Assembly (NCBI GenBank): GCA_016187515.1
Contig: JACPJN010000006.1
Coordinates: forward strand, 64,856 to 128,855
Source: Candidatus Uhrbacteria bacterium
GTDB lineage: Bacteria > Patescibacteriota > Patescibacteriia > GWA2-47-26
Length of the DNA: 64,000 bases
Direction of reading: 5' to 3'
Below the pieces are notes generated by a model that saw nothing but the letters and a program-made list of their open reading frames with translations, was not told the origin of the DNA and did not search any database. Below, piece by piece: positions 10,159 through 20,292 of this stretch. The first letter of the stretch is position 1, and the number at the start of each line of letters is the position of its first letter. The translations under genes were made by a program, and so were the position numbers.

Positions 10159-11493
10159 CTACTCGGCTTCAAACACCGCGGCCTTGCCGCCTCCGGCCGG
10201 CGGCGGTGCGGGCACACGCTGTCCCGCACTCTGCCTGGACGCGGCCTGGCGCGCCCGCTGCCGCTTCACCGGCTTGAAAGCGGGCTTTTCCGTCTTGACC
10301 GGCTCCGGAGTTGCTGCCGGCGGCGGAGAAGACGGCGCAGCGGCCGCCACAGGAACAGTGGTCACCGGCGGGCTCGGCGGCAGGATCGGCTGAACCAGAG
10401 GGACCGACGGGCTGGACTGCAGCAGTACGATGAAAAGCAGTACTGCGAAAACGAAGACCAGCGCAAAACCCGCAAGTAGGGCCAATCCCTTCCGCCCCTT
10501 CCACCCGTAAGGATCGGTCGCGGTTACGGCACGCGCAACTGCGCCTCCCTGCGTAAACGCGCTAAGCGCGGCCCGGAACTCCTCGACCGAGGCGTACCGC
10601 TCCTCTGGTTGCCGCGCGATCGCCTTGAGAGCAACCGAGCTGACATCCTCGGAAACCGCCGCGCGCACTTCGTGAGGCGGCCGGGGCTGCTGCGTGGCCT
10701 GGCGGTGGAAGATCGTGAGCAGATCCTCGCGCCCAAACGGCGGCTCGCCCGTGAGCATCTCGTAGAGCACGGCGCCAAGCGAGTACACGTCCGCGCGGCA
10801 GTCCACGATCTTGCCCGCGGCCTGCTCCGGCGCCATGTAGGCCGGAGTGCCGATGATCAGCCCGGCCTGCGTGCGCGCGGCGCCCTGGCGGTTGACTTTC
10901 GCGATCCCGAAGTCAATCACCTTGACCAGGTCGCCTTCCGGCGAGTCGGTCAAGAAGATGTTGTCCGGCTTCAGGTCCCGATGGATGATGCCCCTGGCGT
11001 GCACGGCCTCAAGCGCGTGCGCCGCTTGCATGATGATTGCCAGCGCGCGATCCGAATCGATCGCGCCGGAAGCCAGCAGCCGCTGGAGCGACTGGCCTTC
11101 GAGCAGTTCCATCACGTAGAACGGATGGCGAACCCCGCCAATCTCGATTGCGCCCGCATCGGTGACCGAGACGACGTTGCCGTGGCGAATCGCGACGAGC
11201 AGTCGCGCCTCTTCCACAAAGCGCTCGGCAAACTGCGCTGCCGGAGTTGAACCGCTGGCCGGGTAGTAGATCTTGAGCGCGTGATGGCTCCCCAAGGTCA
11301 GATGTTCAACCTTGTAGACCTGGCCCATTCCGCCGTGATCCAGGGCGGTAAGCACCCGATAGCGGCCCTCCACGATCTGACCTACGAAAAGCAAGGGGGT
11401 GATGCCGGAGCCGGTAAAGGCGCCGGCGTCGGAGGCCGGCAGCGTCGGATCGCTGCCCAGGCCGTTTCCAACCGGTCCTTTTCCATTGCTCAT
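10159..11493 (-). CDS. Membrane-anchored Ser/Thr protein kinase (Hanks type)
   Basis: GGMGQVYK, ALK, HRDLKPDN, DFG, GTPAYMAPEQ, TM helix and Pro-rich tail; GAAGGAG RBS before ATG 11493. Confidence 0.92.
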   Translation of the reverse strand: MSNGKGPVGNGLGSDPTLPASDAGAFTGSGITPLLFVGQIVEGRYRVLTALDHGGMGQVYKVEHLTLGSHHALKIYYPASGSTPAAQFAERFVEEARLLVAIRHGNVVSVTDAGAIEIGGVRHPFYVMELLEGQSLQRLLASGAIDSDRALAIIMQAAHALEAVHARGIIHRDLKPDNIFLTDSPEGDLVKVIDFGIAKVNRQGAARTQAGLIIGTPAYMAPEQAAGKIVDCRADVYSLGAVLYEMLTGEPPFGREDLLTIFHRQATQQPRPPHEVRAAVSEDVSSVALKAIARQPEERYASVEEFRAALSAFTQGGAVARAVTATDPYGWKGRKGLALLAGFALVFVFAVLLFIVLLQSSPSVPLVQPILPPSPPVTTVPVAAAAPSSPPPAATPEPVKTEKPAFKPVKRQRARQAASRQSAGQRVPAPPPAGGGKAAVFEAE

Positions 11494-12015
11494 GGCAATG
11501 CTCCTTCCTGAAGATGTGGCTCGAGACATCGCTCGAGCAAGTTTTCGAGGAACAATCGCTGGGATTTTCAAGCCCGTCCAAACACCCTGTTTCACAACCA
11601 ACGCGGGCCTAAAATCACCAACAATTCAGTATACACAAAAAAGACCTGGTTGTCAAGGACAACCAGGTCCCGTCGTTCTTTTTTCCCCATCCACACCAGA
11701 CGCGGCATGGCGGTGTGCCCGAGCAGCATTGGGGGAACGCCCCGACACGACAGCGCAGGCAGGCAGGACGGTTGGGGATCCTGCCAAGGAGACCCGCAGA
11801 CCCCACCATTCACCCAAGCGAGAGACGCCTGACGGCGATGTGGCAAGGCAATTTTGGGAGCGTCTGCAGTCCTCTGCGCAATTTATTTCCTCATAATCCT
11901 AAATTGCGCAGGGACGGAAGAGGACCCTTGTATTGCCGCCCACCCTGACGGGACACGCCGCGCCCTCTCCTTACCGCGAGTTCCGCAGCAAGGAAAGCGG
12001 GGCGGCGCACGGACG

Positions 12016-13161
12016 CTACCTCCCCCCGCGCATCCGCATCGCCTCGCAGTGCTTGAGCCGGCGCAGGACCTCGGCAAGCGCCGGACGGCGAACCGGGTCA
12101 AAGCTCGTCATCTCCCGCCACAGATCCTGCATCCAGACGCGCACCGCCGGGTGAAGATCCGGATGCGTACAGTCCGGAAGCGGCCGACGCGCCACCTCGA
12201 GAAGTTCTCCGGCATTCACGGAGTCCGGAAGCGCCTGCGACCCCTGCGACATCTCGCAGAGCATCCGACCCAAGGCAAAGGTGTCCGTGGCCTCACTCAC
12301 CGCGCTGCCGATCAGCTGCTCCGGCGCGCAATAGCGCGGCGTGGCTCCGGCCGCGCCGAATACCGCGGTCAAATCCGGAAGGTCCTCGGCATCGCGGACG
12401 AGCTCCTTGGCCACTCCCAGATCCAGGATCACGACCTCGAAAAACGCCTCGCCGGAGGCGGTCAGCGGGACCACCACCATGTTCTCCGGCTTCAGATCCC
12501 GATGCACCACCTGGGCGCGCAAGTGAAGACGCGTGACCGCGCGCGCGATCTTGGAAGCCGCAAAGTAGATGAAGCGCCAGGGCAGCCGCCAACCAGCCGG
12601 GGTAAATCCCAGCTCGGAAACCAGGCCCGGATTTCCCACGATGTCATAGAGCGAAAGGCCGGCGATAAAGCTCAACACCAGATGCGGAAGCGGTTCATCA
12701 GCGCGACCCAGATACACCGGGAAGCTCGGATCCCCGACCATTCCGGCCAGCAGCCGCCCTTCTTGCCGCAGCCGTTCGCGGCAATGCGCGGCAAGCTCCG
12801 CGCTGGCGCCCGGCGGCGGATTCAAGAGCTTGACCACTTGGAGCAATGGACGGATTCCGGGCTGGCGGCGCAGCTCGGCGACCTCGGAAGCGGTGAGAAT
12901 CTGGTAAACACCCGGATCCCTGGGAAGCGCCATCAGGTAGCTTTCGTCCAGGGTTCCGTCGGAAGCCGCCGTCGCGAGCGGCACGCAGACGTTAACTGCC
13001 GCGGTACCGCCCTGTCCCAGAGGCGCCCAGATGAGCAAGGGCTCACCCCAGGGGCGGACAATGGCCGTGCCCGGCTTCAGTGCGTCCGGATGAAGTCCGG
13101 AAACGCGCTGCAGATGCGGCGCCGGCCACATCCGGAACGCAACAGCATTGCTAGCAGACAT
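12016..13161 (-). CDS. Soluble Ser/Thr protein kinase
   Basis: LGQGGTAAV, HRDLKPEN, DLG, TPRYCAPEQ, DTFALG; AAGGAGG RBS. Confidence 0.85.
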   Translation of the reverse strand: MSASNAVAFRMWPAPHLQRVSGLHPDALKPGTAIVRPWGEPLLIWAPLGQGGTAAVNVCVPLATAASDGTLDESYLMALPRDPGVYQILTASEVAELRRQPGIRPLLQVVKLLNPPPGASAELAAHCRERLRQEGRLLAGMVGDPSFPVYLGRADEPLPHLVLSFIAGLSLYDIVGNPGLVSELGFTPAGWRLPWRFIYFAASKIARAVTRLHLRAQVVHRDLKPENMVVVPLTASGEAFFEVVILDLGVAKELVRDAEDLPDLTAVFGAAGATPRYCAPEQLIGSAVSEATDTFALGRMLCEMSQGSQALPDSVNAGELLEVARRPLPDCTHPDLHPAVRVWMQDLWREMTSFDPVRRPALAEVLRRLKHCEAMRMRGGR

Positions 13162-13270
13162 GGTAACGCCTCCTTGGCGGTTTGGTCTTGGAAAGAACGC
13201 ACTCTAAGCCCATTACAACACAAAAACGGCCGCTTGTCAAGGCCGTTTTGTGATTTGTGATTTGGAATTT

Positions 13271-13894
13271 CTACAATAGGTGTCCGTGATGCTTTTTTCT
13301 CCGATGATCCAGCCAAACCCAGCCGCTTGCTAAAAATGCTCCGAGAATTCCGCCCACTACCGCGTTTAGGGGAAGGTTGGGGCGGACCGGGAATTTGGAA
13401 GCCAGCGGCGGATCAACCAGGCGAACCGTCAGCTCGCGGCCGACATAATCCGATCCCTGCGCTGAAAGCAGAAAGGCGCTGGCGGCGACAATCCGTTTCG
13501 CTTGATCGCGGTCCGGATGAAACGCGGTAATCCTAACGAGTCCGGTCCCGCGCGCCACGTCCACTTCAACAGTATCATCCCAAAGCCGGCGCTTAAGATG
13601 TTCGGCTTTATCAAAATAGCGCGGATCGATCTTATAGCCGCTCTCGAGAATCCGCGAGAGAAAAGTGCTGGTCGCGACCACCTGGGCCAAACTGTCGCCG
13701 ATCAGCTCATTGGAGCGCAGCGCGGTATAGGGATCAAGAGTAAACGCTTCCTTTTGGGTAATCAAGAGCCGCACGGAGGCGCTATACTTAAACGGCAGCA
13801 CCAAAGAAATCGCGGCCGCGACCGATGCGGTTACGAGCGCGAAAAATACAATAAACTTGCGGCTGGTTTTCAGTATCGGTAAAAGCTTTTCCAT
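13271..13894 (-). CDS. Wzz/YveK-like chain-length determinant protein
   Basis: Two terminal TM helices; PFKYSASVRLLI and VDPP..SKFPVRPN motifs. Confidence 0.7.
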   Translation of the reverse strand: MEKLLPILKTSRKFIVFFALVTASVAAAISLVLPFKYSASVRLLITQKEAFTLDPYTALRSNELIGDSLAQVVATSTFLSRILESGYKIDPRYFDKAEHLKRRLWDDTVEVDVARGTGLVRITAFHPDRDQAKRIVAASAFLLSAQGSDYVGRELTVRLVDPPLASKFPVRPNLPLNAVVGGILGAFLASGWVWLDHRRKKHHGHLL

Positions 13895-13915
13895 GCCTAA
13901 ACATTATATCACCTT

Positions 13916-14968
13916 TTAAGGCAGCGCGCCAAGCGAGACGCGCACGGTCTCTTCCTGGCCCTGCCGGATAATCCCAAGCTCCACTTCCGCGCCCGGGGGA
14001 TACCGCTGCAGCAGCAGTTGAAAAGGTATCGCGCTGTCGAGCCGCCGTCGGTCAAACGCAGTCAGCACATCGCCTTCTTTAAGCCCGGCCGTAAAGGCCG
14101 GCGACTTGGGTAAAACTGCCGGACGCCCTTTGGCCCCTTTGAGCAGGAGTCCGAAAGTCGGCGCGCCGGGAAGCGGCGCGGTACGATTTAAATCCATAAA
14201 ATTAATTCCCAGCCAAGTGGGGCGATATTCCCGATTATCCAAATATTGCCGCAGCGCCTTTTGCATAAACTCCGCGGAAATGGCCTCGCCATGCTCGCGG
14301 CTGATCCCCGTCAGCTGTCCTCGGTAATCAAAAAGGAAATGTCCCGGACCCGGATCGCCGTCAATCCAGAAAGACGGCGGCCGATCTTCGGAGGATTCCA
14401 CCGCGGCCCCGGTTGCCGTAGTATAGGTCGCGATCACCCGATGGATACGAACTGCTCCGCCCTCGCCGAATGCAAAAAGCGACTCGCCAACTTTAACCTG
14501 TTCATAGGCCGATAGGATAAACGGACTTACCGACGAGGATTGCTCGCCGGCAATATTGTAAAAAGCAATTCGCAGCTCGGGCAGGTAAAACCGCTTGCCT
14601 TTCGCGTTTAAGGCCTCCTTGAGCGTAAGGATACGGCGATCGTTGGAAACCGCTTTCAGCTTTATCCGCTCGCGGATCGTGTCGGGAATTCCGACCAGCC
14701 CGTCAGAGGTCAGGGCCAAGGCATATCCGCTCACCTCCGGAACCACTGCCGCCGGCAGGCGCGATTGATGCAGGGTCAGCAGGGTCTTTCTGGCCTGCTC
14801 GATATCAAAGGTCACCTCCTCCAGTACACGGACCGGAGGGGAACTTGGCTGGCGCGCGGGAGACGCTCCGGGGAAAAGCGCTTTGGGAATCACGATATTT
14901 AACAAAAATATCCCAAAAATTCCTCCCAAAAATCCAAAAATAAATGGCTTGACTATACTACGAAACAT
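13916..14968 (-). CDS. PDZ-domain protein, degenerate HtrA-like
   Basis: N-terminal TM; ALTSDG; C-terminal PDZ (WLGI, SPAFTAGLKEGDVL); no GNSGG catalytic motif seen. Confidence 0.7.
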   Translation of the reverse strand: MFRSIVKPFIFGFLGGIFGIFLLNIVIPKALFPGASPARQPSSPPVRVLEEVTFDIEQARKTLLTLHQSRLPAAVVPEVSGYALALTSDGLVGIPDTIRERIKLKAVSNDRRILTLKEALNAKGKRFYLPELRIAFYNIAGEQSSSVSPFILSAYEQVKVGESLFAFGEGGAVRIHRVIATYTTATGAAVESSEDRPPSFWIDGDPGPGHFLFDYRGQLTGISREHGEAISAEFMQKALRQYLDNREYRPTWLGINFMDLNRTAPLPGAPTFGLLLKGAKGRPAVLPKSPAFTAGLKEGDVLTAFDRRRLDSAIPFQLLLQRYPPGAEVELGIIRQGQEETVRVSLGALP

Positions 14969-14973
14969 AACCC

Positions 14974-15762
14974 CTACAACCACTCCGCGGTTAAAAGCAG
15001 CACGGCAAGCAGCGCCCCGCCAAATCCCAGATGCCGATACAGTATCTTCTTGGTCATCAGATTGAGCAGCTGCGTGCGGCTCAACATTACCCCCACATAC
15101 CAGCATACCGTCAGTATCGCTCCGCTGGCCATGAAATAAAGCGGTAGAATATTGAACACTAAGAAAAGTTCAAATCCCAAGAGCGCGACTACCCAGACCG
15201 TGACCGACGCGGAGGATCCGCGCAGTCCGCTAAACCAAAAAATCGAATGGGTAAGCAAGGAGATGAGCAGGATAAAGAGCGCCGCGACGAAGGCGATATT
15301 CAGGCCTAACAGCAGACGCATTCCCAGAAGCGCGCTGACTCCCAAAAATATGGCCAGCGTCGCGGTATATCCTCCCAGATTTTCAAGCGAATACCCCTTG
15401 AATACCGAAGGATTTTTTTCATACATCACCATGCTTTCAAAAAATAGCGCCGTGAGCGCCGCGACAAGCAGGCCCAGCGCCTGTCTCGCCAAGGCCCGCT
15501 CGACCAACAATTCAAAAGCCAAGGCGGACCAGATCAAAAAAAGCGGAACGGCCGCTAAAGCCAGCCGATAGGCGAGCCGCTCCTTTTTGGAAAGATCGGG
15601 GGCGGCCTTAAAAAAAACTTTGACTATCCCGGCGACGAGAAGGAGAGCGCCGACGGCTGCCATAACTACTGCCGTTGGCCGCAGCTGGATGGTCTCAAAA
15701 AGCGCCAAGACGGCAAATGCGGTCCCCAGCGAAAAAAAACGGCGAATATTGACCATGACCAT
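14974..15762 (-). CDS. Polytopic membrane hypothetical protein
   Basis: Multiple hydrophobic segments; same strand and tightly spaced with neighbours. Confidence 0.7.
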   Translation of the reverse strand: MVMVNIRRFFSLGTAFAVLALFETIQLRPTAVVMAAVGALLLVAGIVKVFFKAAPDLSKKERLAYRLALAAVPLFLIWSALAFELLVERALARQALGLLVAALTALFFESMVMYEKNPSVFKGYSLENLGGYTATLAIFLGVSALLGMRLLLGLNIAFVAALFILLISLLTHSIFWFSGLRGSSASVTVWVVALLGFELFLVFNILPLYFMASGAILTVCWYVGVMLSRTQLLNLMTKKILYRHLGFGGALLAVLLLTAEWL

Positions 15763-15777
15763 AGTGGTGGCACCGGG

Positions 15778-16827
15778 CTAACTCTTTTCACTCCCATGCA
15801 ATATCTCACGGATTATCACGTCCAGCGCGGTGGCCACCGGAATCGCGAACAGGGCGCCCATAATCCCGGCCAGCTTGGCCCCGATCACCAGCGCCAGGAT
15901 CGAAATAATCGGATTTAATCCCACGGCCTTCTGCATGACCTTGGGAACCAGGATATTATTTTCCAGCTGCTGAATAACCACGAACATCAGCACCACAAAA
16001 AACGCTTTGGTGGTGGATTGGGCCAGCGCGAAAAATACCGCGACTACCGCAGCCAAAAACGGTCCGGCGTAGGGCACGAGTTCGACGAGAGCGGCAAAGA
16101 GTCCGAGAACCAGCGCGTAATTCACGCCAATTATCGAGAGTCCAATGTAAACCAGCGTTCCGACCGCCGCCGACAAAACCAGCTGACCTTTAACCCAGGA
16201 CGTGATCTTCCGCTGCACCTTCGAGAGCGTCCCCAACATGAACGATTGGTAGCGATCCGGGATAAGCGCGCGAAATACTTTTTTAAGCCCATCCTCCTGA
16301 ATGACCATGTAAAAAGTAATCACCAGTATTAAAACAAAGGAAACCACTCCCCCAAACACATTGACCACCGTAGTAAAGGCCCCGCCCACCGCGCGGGTCA
16401 GCGCCGTCTGTACTGAACTCAAACCCGCCTCGATATTTTTCGAAAATCCGCTTTGCACGGAATATTCCTTGAACAGAATCGCTCCGGAGACCAGCCGATC
16501 CCAAACCGCGGAAAAATTGGAAGCCAAATCGCGAATTTCCTGCACCAAGGGCGGAATCAGCACTCCGATCACTAAACCAAAGATGGAAAGGAGGGCGACA
16601 TAGACGATCAGCACCGCCACCGCGCGAGGAACCCGCCGCACCTCAAACCAATCGGCCAAGGGATCAATAATCGCGGAGAGAATCAACGCGACAAAAAGGA
16701 TCGCGATAATATCGCGAATAAAATACACAAACCACAGGATAAAGAGGATCCCGACTATTTTAAGGACAGTCCCGGTCGAGACGGTCCATTCGACTTTAGC
16801 GCGGTTTGATTCGGAGGGTAGATTCAT
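15778..16827 (-). CDS. AI-2E family transporter
   Basis: PYAGPF, IQQLENNILVPKVMQKAVGLNP, GALFAIP signatures. Confidence 0.9.
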   Translation of the reverse strand: MNLPSESNRAKVEWTVSTGTVLKIVGILFILWFVYFIRDIIAILFVALILSAIIDPLADWFEVRRVPRAVAVLIVYVALLSIFGLVIGVLIPPLVQEIRDLASNFSAVWDRLVSGAILFKEYSVQSGFSKNIEAGLSSVQTALTRAVGGAFTTVVNVFGGVVSFVLILVITFYMVIQEDGLKKVFRALIPDRYQSFMLGTLSKVQRKITSWVKGQLVLSAAVGTLVYIGLSIIGVNYALVLGLFAALVELVPYAGPFLAAVVAVFFALAQSTTKAFFVVLMFVVIQQLENNILVPKVMQKAVGLNPIISILALVIGAKLAGIMGALFAIPVATALDVIIREILHGSEKS

Positions 16828-16922
16828 ACTGCCTACAGTATACCACACGGTGGGGGTGAGATTCTCCGCCGGAGGCGGATGCGCCTCCCGCCCAAGGCGG
16901 ACAGGCGGGCGCAGAACCTATA

Positions 16923-17005
16923 CGGAGGGTGCAGGACTCGAACCTGCAAGGGCTTTCGCCCGCTAGTTTTCAAGACTAGTGCCTTGCCATTCGGCGCAAC
17001 CCTCC
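16923..17005 (-). tRNA. tRNA-Ser(TGA)
   Basis: GGAGGGT acceptor, CTAGT-CT-TGA-AA-ACTAG anticodon arm, long variable arm, GGTTCGAGTCC T-loop. Confidence 0.93.
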
Positions 17006-17006
17006 T

Positions 17007-17096
17007 TGGCGGAAGGGGTGGGATTTGAACCCACGAGCCCCCTTTCGGGGGCAAAGTTTAGCAAACTTTTGCCTTGGACCACTCGGCCACCCTTCC
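17007..17096 (-). tRNA. tRNA-Ser(GCT)
   Basis: AAAGT-TT-GCT-AA-ACTTT anticodon arm, long variable arm, GGTTCAAATCC, encoded CCA. Confidence 0.93.
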
Positions 17097-17130
17097 GTGC
17101 CACCTATACTATCACAGTATCCACCCTTTT

Positions 17131-17835
17131 TCAACCCTTGGCAAGGACCATCCCCCAAACCTCGCTGGCCCTCGCTTGCCGAAGCGCGCGGCCGCACTCG
17201 CCCAGAGTTGAGCCGGTCGTCGCCACATCATCAACCACGCAGACGAATTTCCCACGGATCGCTTCGGGTTCAACACACCAGATATTGTGCCGAATATTGC
17301 GGGCGCGATCAATTTCATCCAAAGATGCTTGCGGCGGACGATGTCGGCGCCGTACCAGGGCAGGAACGGACTGTCCTCCAGAAATTGCGGCAAACCGCCG
17401 CGCGATTATTTCGGCTTGATTAAACCCGCGATCGCGCAGACGGCGCGGGTGGAGCGGCACCGGAACAAAGATGAGCGCGCGCGGGTCAGCATCCAGAAAC
17501 TCGAGTTTGGAAAGAAAATAATCCTCGACAATCCGGATCAGCGGATCCAGGGCGCCTCGCACATAGCCATACTTGGCAGCTTTGAGAATACTTTTGACCA
17601 ACCCATAATCATAATCCAGAAAACTAAACACGCCCTCGAGCGTAAAAATTTTCCGGCAAGCAAAACAGGTCTTGCCCCGCTTTACGGGCAGCTTGCAAAC
17701 CAAACAGCAATCTTCGGTCTGGATTGGAATCCGCTTTAAGCAGCGTAAACAAGCCCAAGTCCCCTCTTTTTTACAACCCAGACATTCAATCGGGAAAAGC
17801 GTATCCAGAATAAAACGGGCGGATTTTCCAATCAT
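17131..17835 (-). CDS. comF: ComF family competence protein
   Basis: Double zinc-ribbon CxxC motifs, VPVPLH..R...RGFNQA, VDDVATTGSTL. Confidence 0.9.
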   Translation of the reverse strand: MIGKSARFILDTLFPIECLGCKKEGTWACLRCLKRIPIQTEDCCLVCKLPVKRGKTCFACRKIFTLEGVFSFLDYDYGLVKSILKAAKYGYVRGALDPLIRIVEDYFLSKLEFLDADPRALIFVPVPLHPRRLRDRGFNQAEIIARRFAAISGGQSVPALVRRRHRPPQASLDEIDRARNIRHNIWCVEPEAIRGKFVCVVDDVATTGSTLGECGRALRQARASEVWGMVLAKG

Positions 17836-17837
17836 AC

Positions 17838-18416
17838 TCACCTCCACTCCACCCCATCGACTTTCCATTGTTCTCCATCCTTAATAAAAACGAGCATAAT
17901 TTCCTGATAATAAATCCTGGGGGATTCCGCGTCCCGAACTTCTTTGCGCTGGGTCTGTACTGCTGTCCGAGCGCTCTCCGCAGTCCGCTCCTCCACCTTT
18001 ACACTCATGGCTTTGGTGGTCACCCCTAAATATCCAGCAGCCGAACTGGACGTACTTAACTCTTGCGCTTGCGCAATTTCCCGCGCCGCTTTGCTGCGCA
18101 ATCCGTCCGTCATAAACGGATAAAGGTCTTTGACATTTTCAAATTGGTTCTGATTGGAATATGACCCATAGCGTTCCGCGAAAGAACGCGCCAGGGTCTC
18201 GAGCGAAAGCTCCAAAGCCAGTTCAGCGCGCTCACTTTCATTAAGTACCGGCGGGGGAATAACGACTGCGGGCGGAATACTGGCCGGCTGTACGACATCG
18301 GTCCGCTGTCCCCTGTCTTCTGTCTTCCGGACCCTCCCCCGCAATCCTAACGCGAAAAGTAGGCCGAGGATAATAACAATGCCAATGGCAATAAAAAATT
18401 TGACGCGACGCGACAT
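17838..18416 (-). CDS. Single-TM hypothetical protein (possible VirB8/TcpC-like NTF2 fold)
   Basis: N-terminal TM, FAERYGSYS, C-terminal WKVD; adjacent to VirB4-like gene. Confidence 0.6.
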   Translation of the reverse strand: MSRRVKFFIAIGIVIILGLLFALGLRGRVRKTEDRGQRTDVVQPASIPPAVVIPPPVLNESERAELALELSLETLARSFAERYGSYSNQNQFENVKDLYPFMTDGLRSKAAREIAQAQELSTSSSAAGYLGVTTKAMSVKVEERTAESARTAVQTQRKEVRDAESPRIYYQEIMLVFIKDGEQWKVDGVEWR

Positions 18417-18439
18417 ATGATTTACCTGATTTACCTGAT

Positions 18440-20284
18440 TTACTTTGTCAACTGTTGTTCAAACTCCTTTTTTGCCGCTTCAATCTCAAGGAGCTGCCTT
18501 GGGTCAGTCGTCACAATCTGATCTTCCGTATAGGAGGCGACCACTTTAATCGCCGCGTGCTTAGGCCCGGCAAAAAATATCCCTTCCCCCACGGCGGACT
18601 CCAGCAATAGATATTTTTCTCCCTCGGTAAGCATGAATGTCTTTTGAATGAGTTCAATGGCCGCCGGGGATTGTTTTAGGAGCAGCTGCAGGGCGGAGTT
18701 GGTCACAATCGCTTTGCCATAGTCATTCAGCAGGAAATCATTGACATCTTGAGTAATTGTCGTCACCCCCAAATAATACTTCCGCGCGCGTTTAACCAGG
18801 GCAAAAATGAATTTTGCCGAGTCCTCATGCTGCATCAGCCACCAGGCCTCGTCAATTACGAGAATCCGCTTTTTGCGCTCGGAACGCACAATGTTCCAGA
18901 GGTAGTTAACCAAGGTATAGATGGCAATCGGCCGCAGTTCATCTTCCAGATCGCGCACGGAAAACACCACCAGCTGATTGCGCATATCCACATTGGTGGG
19001 ATTATTAATCAGCCCGGAAAAAGTTCCGCTGGTGTATTTCTTCAAACGCTCGGCTAAAGAAGCGCCGCCTTCCATGCCTTCCAGAACCTCGAGCAGATCA
19101 GTCACGACCGGCGCCTCTACTTTGGCAAGATCGGCGGCGGCAGTAATATCTTTTTTCGCGTAGGTTTCCAAAAGCGCCCGATCCATCAGCGCGTCCTCTT
19201 CCGGCGTAAACTGGCTTAACATCAGGCGCAGCAGTCCTTTCAAGGTAATCACCGCCGAACGGATCACGTCTTCGGTCCGGGTTTCCTCCCCCACCGGACG
19301 CGGGAGGTCAAAAGGATTGACTTTGGCCGGCGAGGCCAGCGAGATATTCACATACGTGCCGCCGACCGCCTCGGCCAGGTGCTTATACTCGGCCTCCGGA
19401 TCAATGACAATGACGTCGGTCCCGAGCATTAAGGAACGCAGAATTTCCAGCTTGACCGAATAACTTTTACCGGCTCCGGAGGTCGCGAAAACCACCATAT
19501 TGGCGTTCTGCAGTGAAAAACGATCAAACAGGATCAGCGAGTTATTATGCCGGTTGATTCCATAGAGAATGCCGTTGTCCGAGGTAAGATCCGCGGAAAT
19601 AAACGGAAATGACGAAGCAATCGGGCTGGAATTCATGTTAAACGGCACCATCAGCTTATCCACGCCCAGGGGGATTGTGGCGTTAAAGCCCTGCTCGGCC
19701 TGAAAAAATACTTTTTTGGAGTAAATCAGCTTTGATCCAAACAGTTCTTCCACCATGATGGAATGTTTATCCAGCTCTTCGAGCGAGCGCGCGTAGACGG
19801 TAACATAGAGCGCGAACTGGAAAAATTTTTCAATCCCTTGCGTAAGATCGTCGCGCAGTTTTTCAACGTCGCGAAGCGCGGTCTCGCGGATCGGATCGCG
19901 CGGCGCGCCTTTTTCGGTGTCCCCGAGAATCTGGGCCTCCAGCGCTCCGGCTTTCTTCTTTAATTGTTTCAAAATAATGCTGGACGCGACCGGATAGAAA
20001 AACATGCCGATATCCAGCGAGCTGGCAAGATTAACAATCGGCGCAAACCACCCGACTGCGATATAGCGGGGATAAGCCACCACAAAAATCGTGCGCGTAA
20101 AAGTACCGCCCAATTTCACGTGCGCAGGAGTGATCTGCAAGGAGGCCGGAGCGACAATATCGCGAACCGATACTGCCCCGCGGCGGTAAATCCGCTCTTC
20201 TTCCAGAGTAATCAACTCTTCCCGCTCTTTTGCGGCAGAAACGCCTTTCGGCTCGGTCTCCTTGGTTTTTCTAAATAAAGACAT
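18440..20284 (-). CDS. VirB4/TraC-like T4SS ATPase
   Basis: Walker A FATSGAGKS, VIDPEAEY, Walker B VIDEAWWL, KRARKY, TQD. Confidence 0.9.
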   Translation of the reverse strand: MSLFRKTKETEPKGVSAAKEREELITLEEERIYRRGAVSVRDIVAPASLQITPAHVKLGGTFTRTIFVVAYPRYIAVGWFAPIVNLASSLDIGMFFYPVASSIILKQLKKKAGALEAQILGDTEKGAPRDPIRETALRDVEKLRDDLTQGIEKFFQFALYVTVYARSLEELDKHSIMVEELFGSKLIYSKKVFFQAEQGFNATIPLGVDKLMVPFNMNSSPIASSFPFISADLTSDNGILYGINRHNNSLILFDRFSLQNANMVVFATSGAGKSYSVKLEILRSLMLGTDVIVIDPEAEYKHLAEAVGGTYVNISLASPAKVNPFDLPRPVGEETRTEDVIRSAVITLKGLLRLMLSQFTPEEDALMDRALLETYAKKDITAAADLAKVEAPVVTDLLEVLEGMEGGASLAERLKKYTSGTFSGLINNPTNVDMRNQLVVFSVRDLEDELRPIAIYTLVNYLWNIVRSERKKRILVIDEAWWLMQHEDSAKFIFALVKRARKYYLGVTTITQDVNDFLLNDYGKAIVTNSALQLLLKQSPAAIELIQKTFMLTEGEKYLLLESAVGEGIFFAGPKHAAIKVVASYTEDQIVTTDPRQLLEIEAAKKEFEQQLTK

Positions 20285-20292
20285 AATTCCGG

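Noticed and set aside
11854-13260. 468-aa plus-strand ORF
   Set aside because: Antisense to a kinase with intact catalytic motifs.
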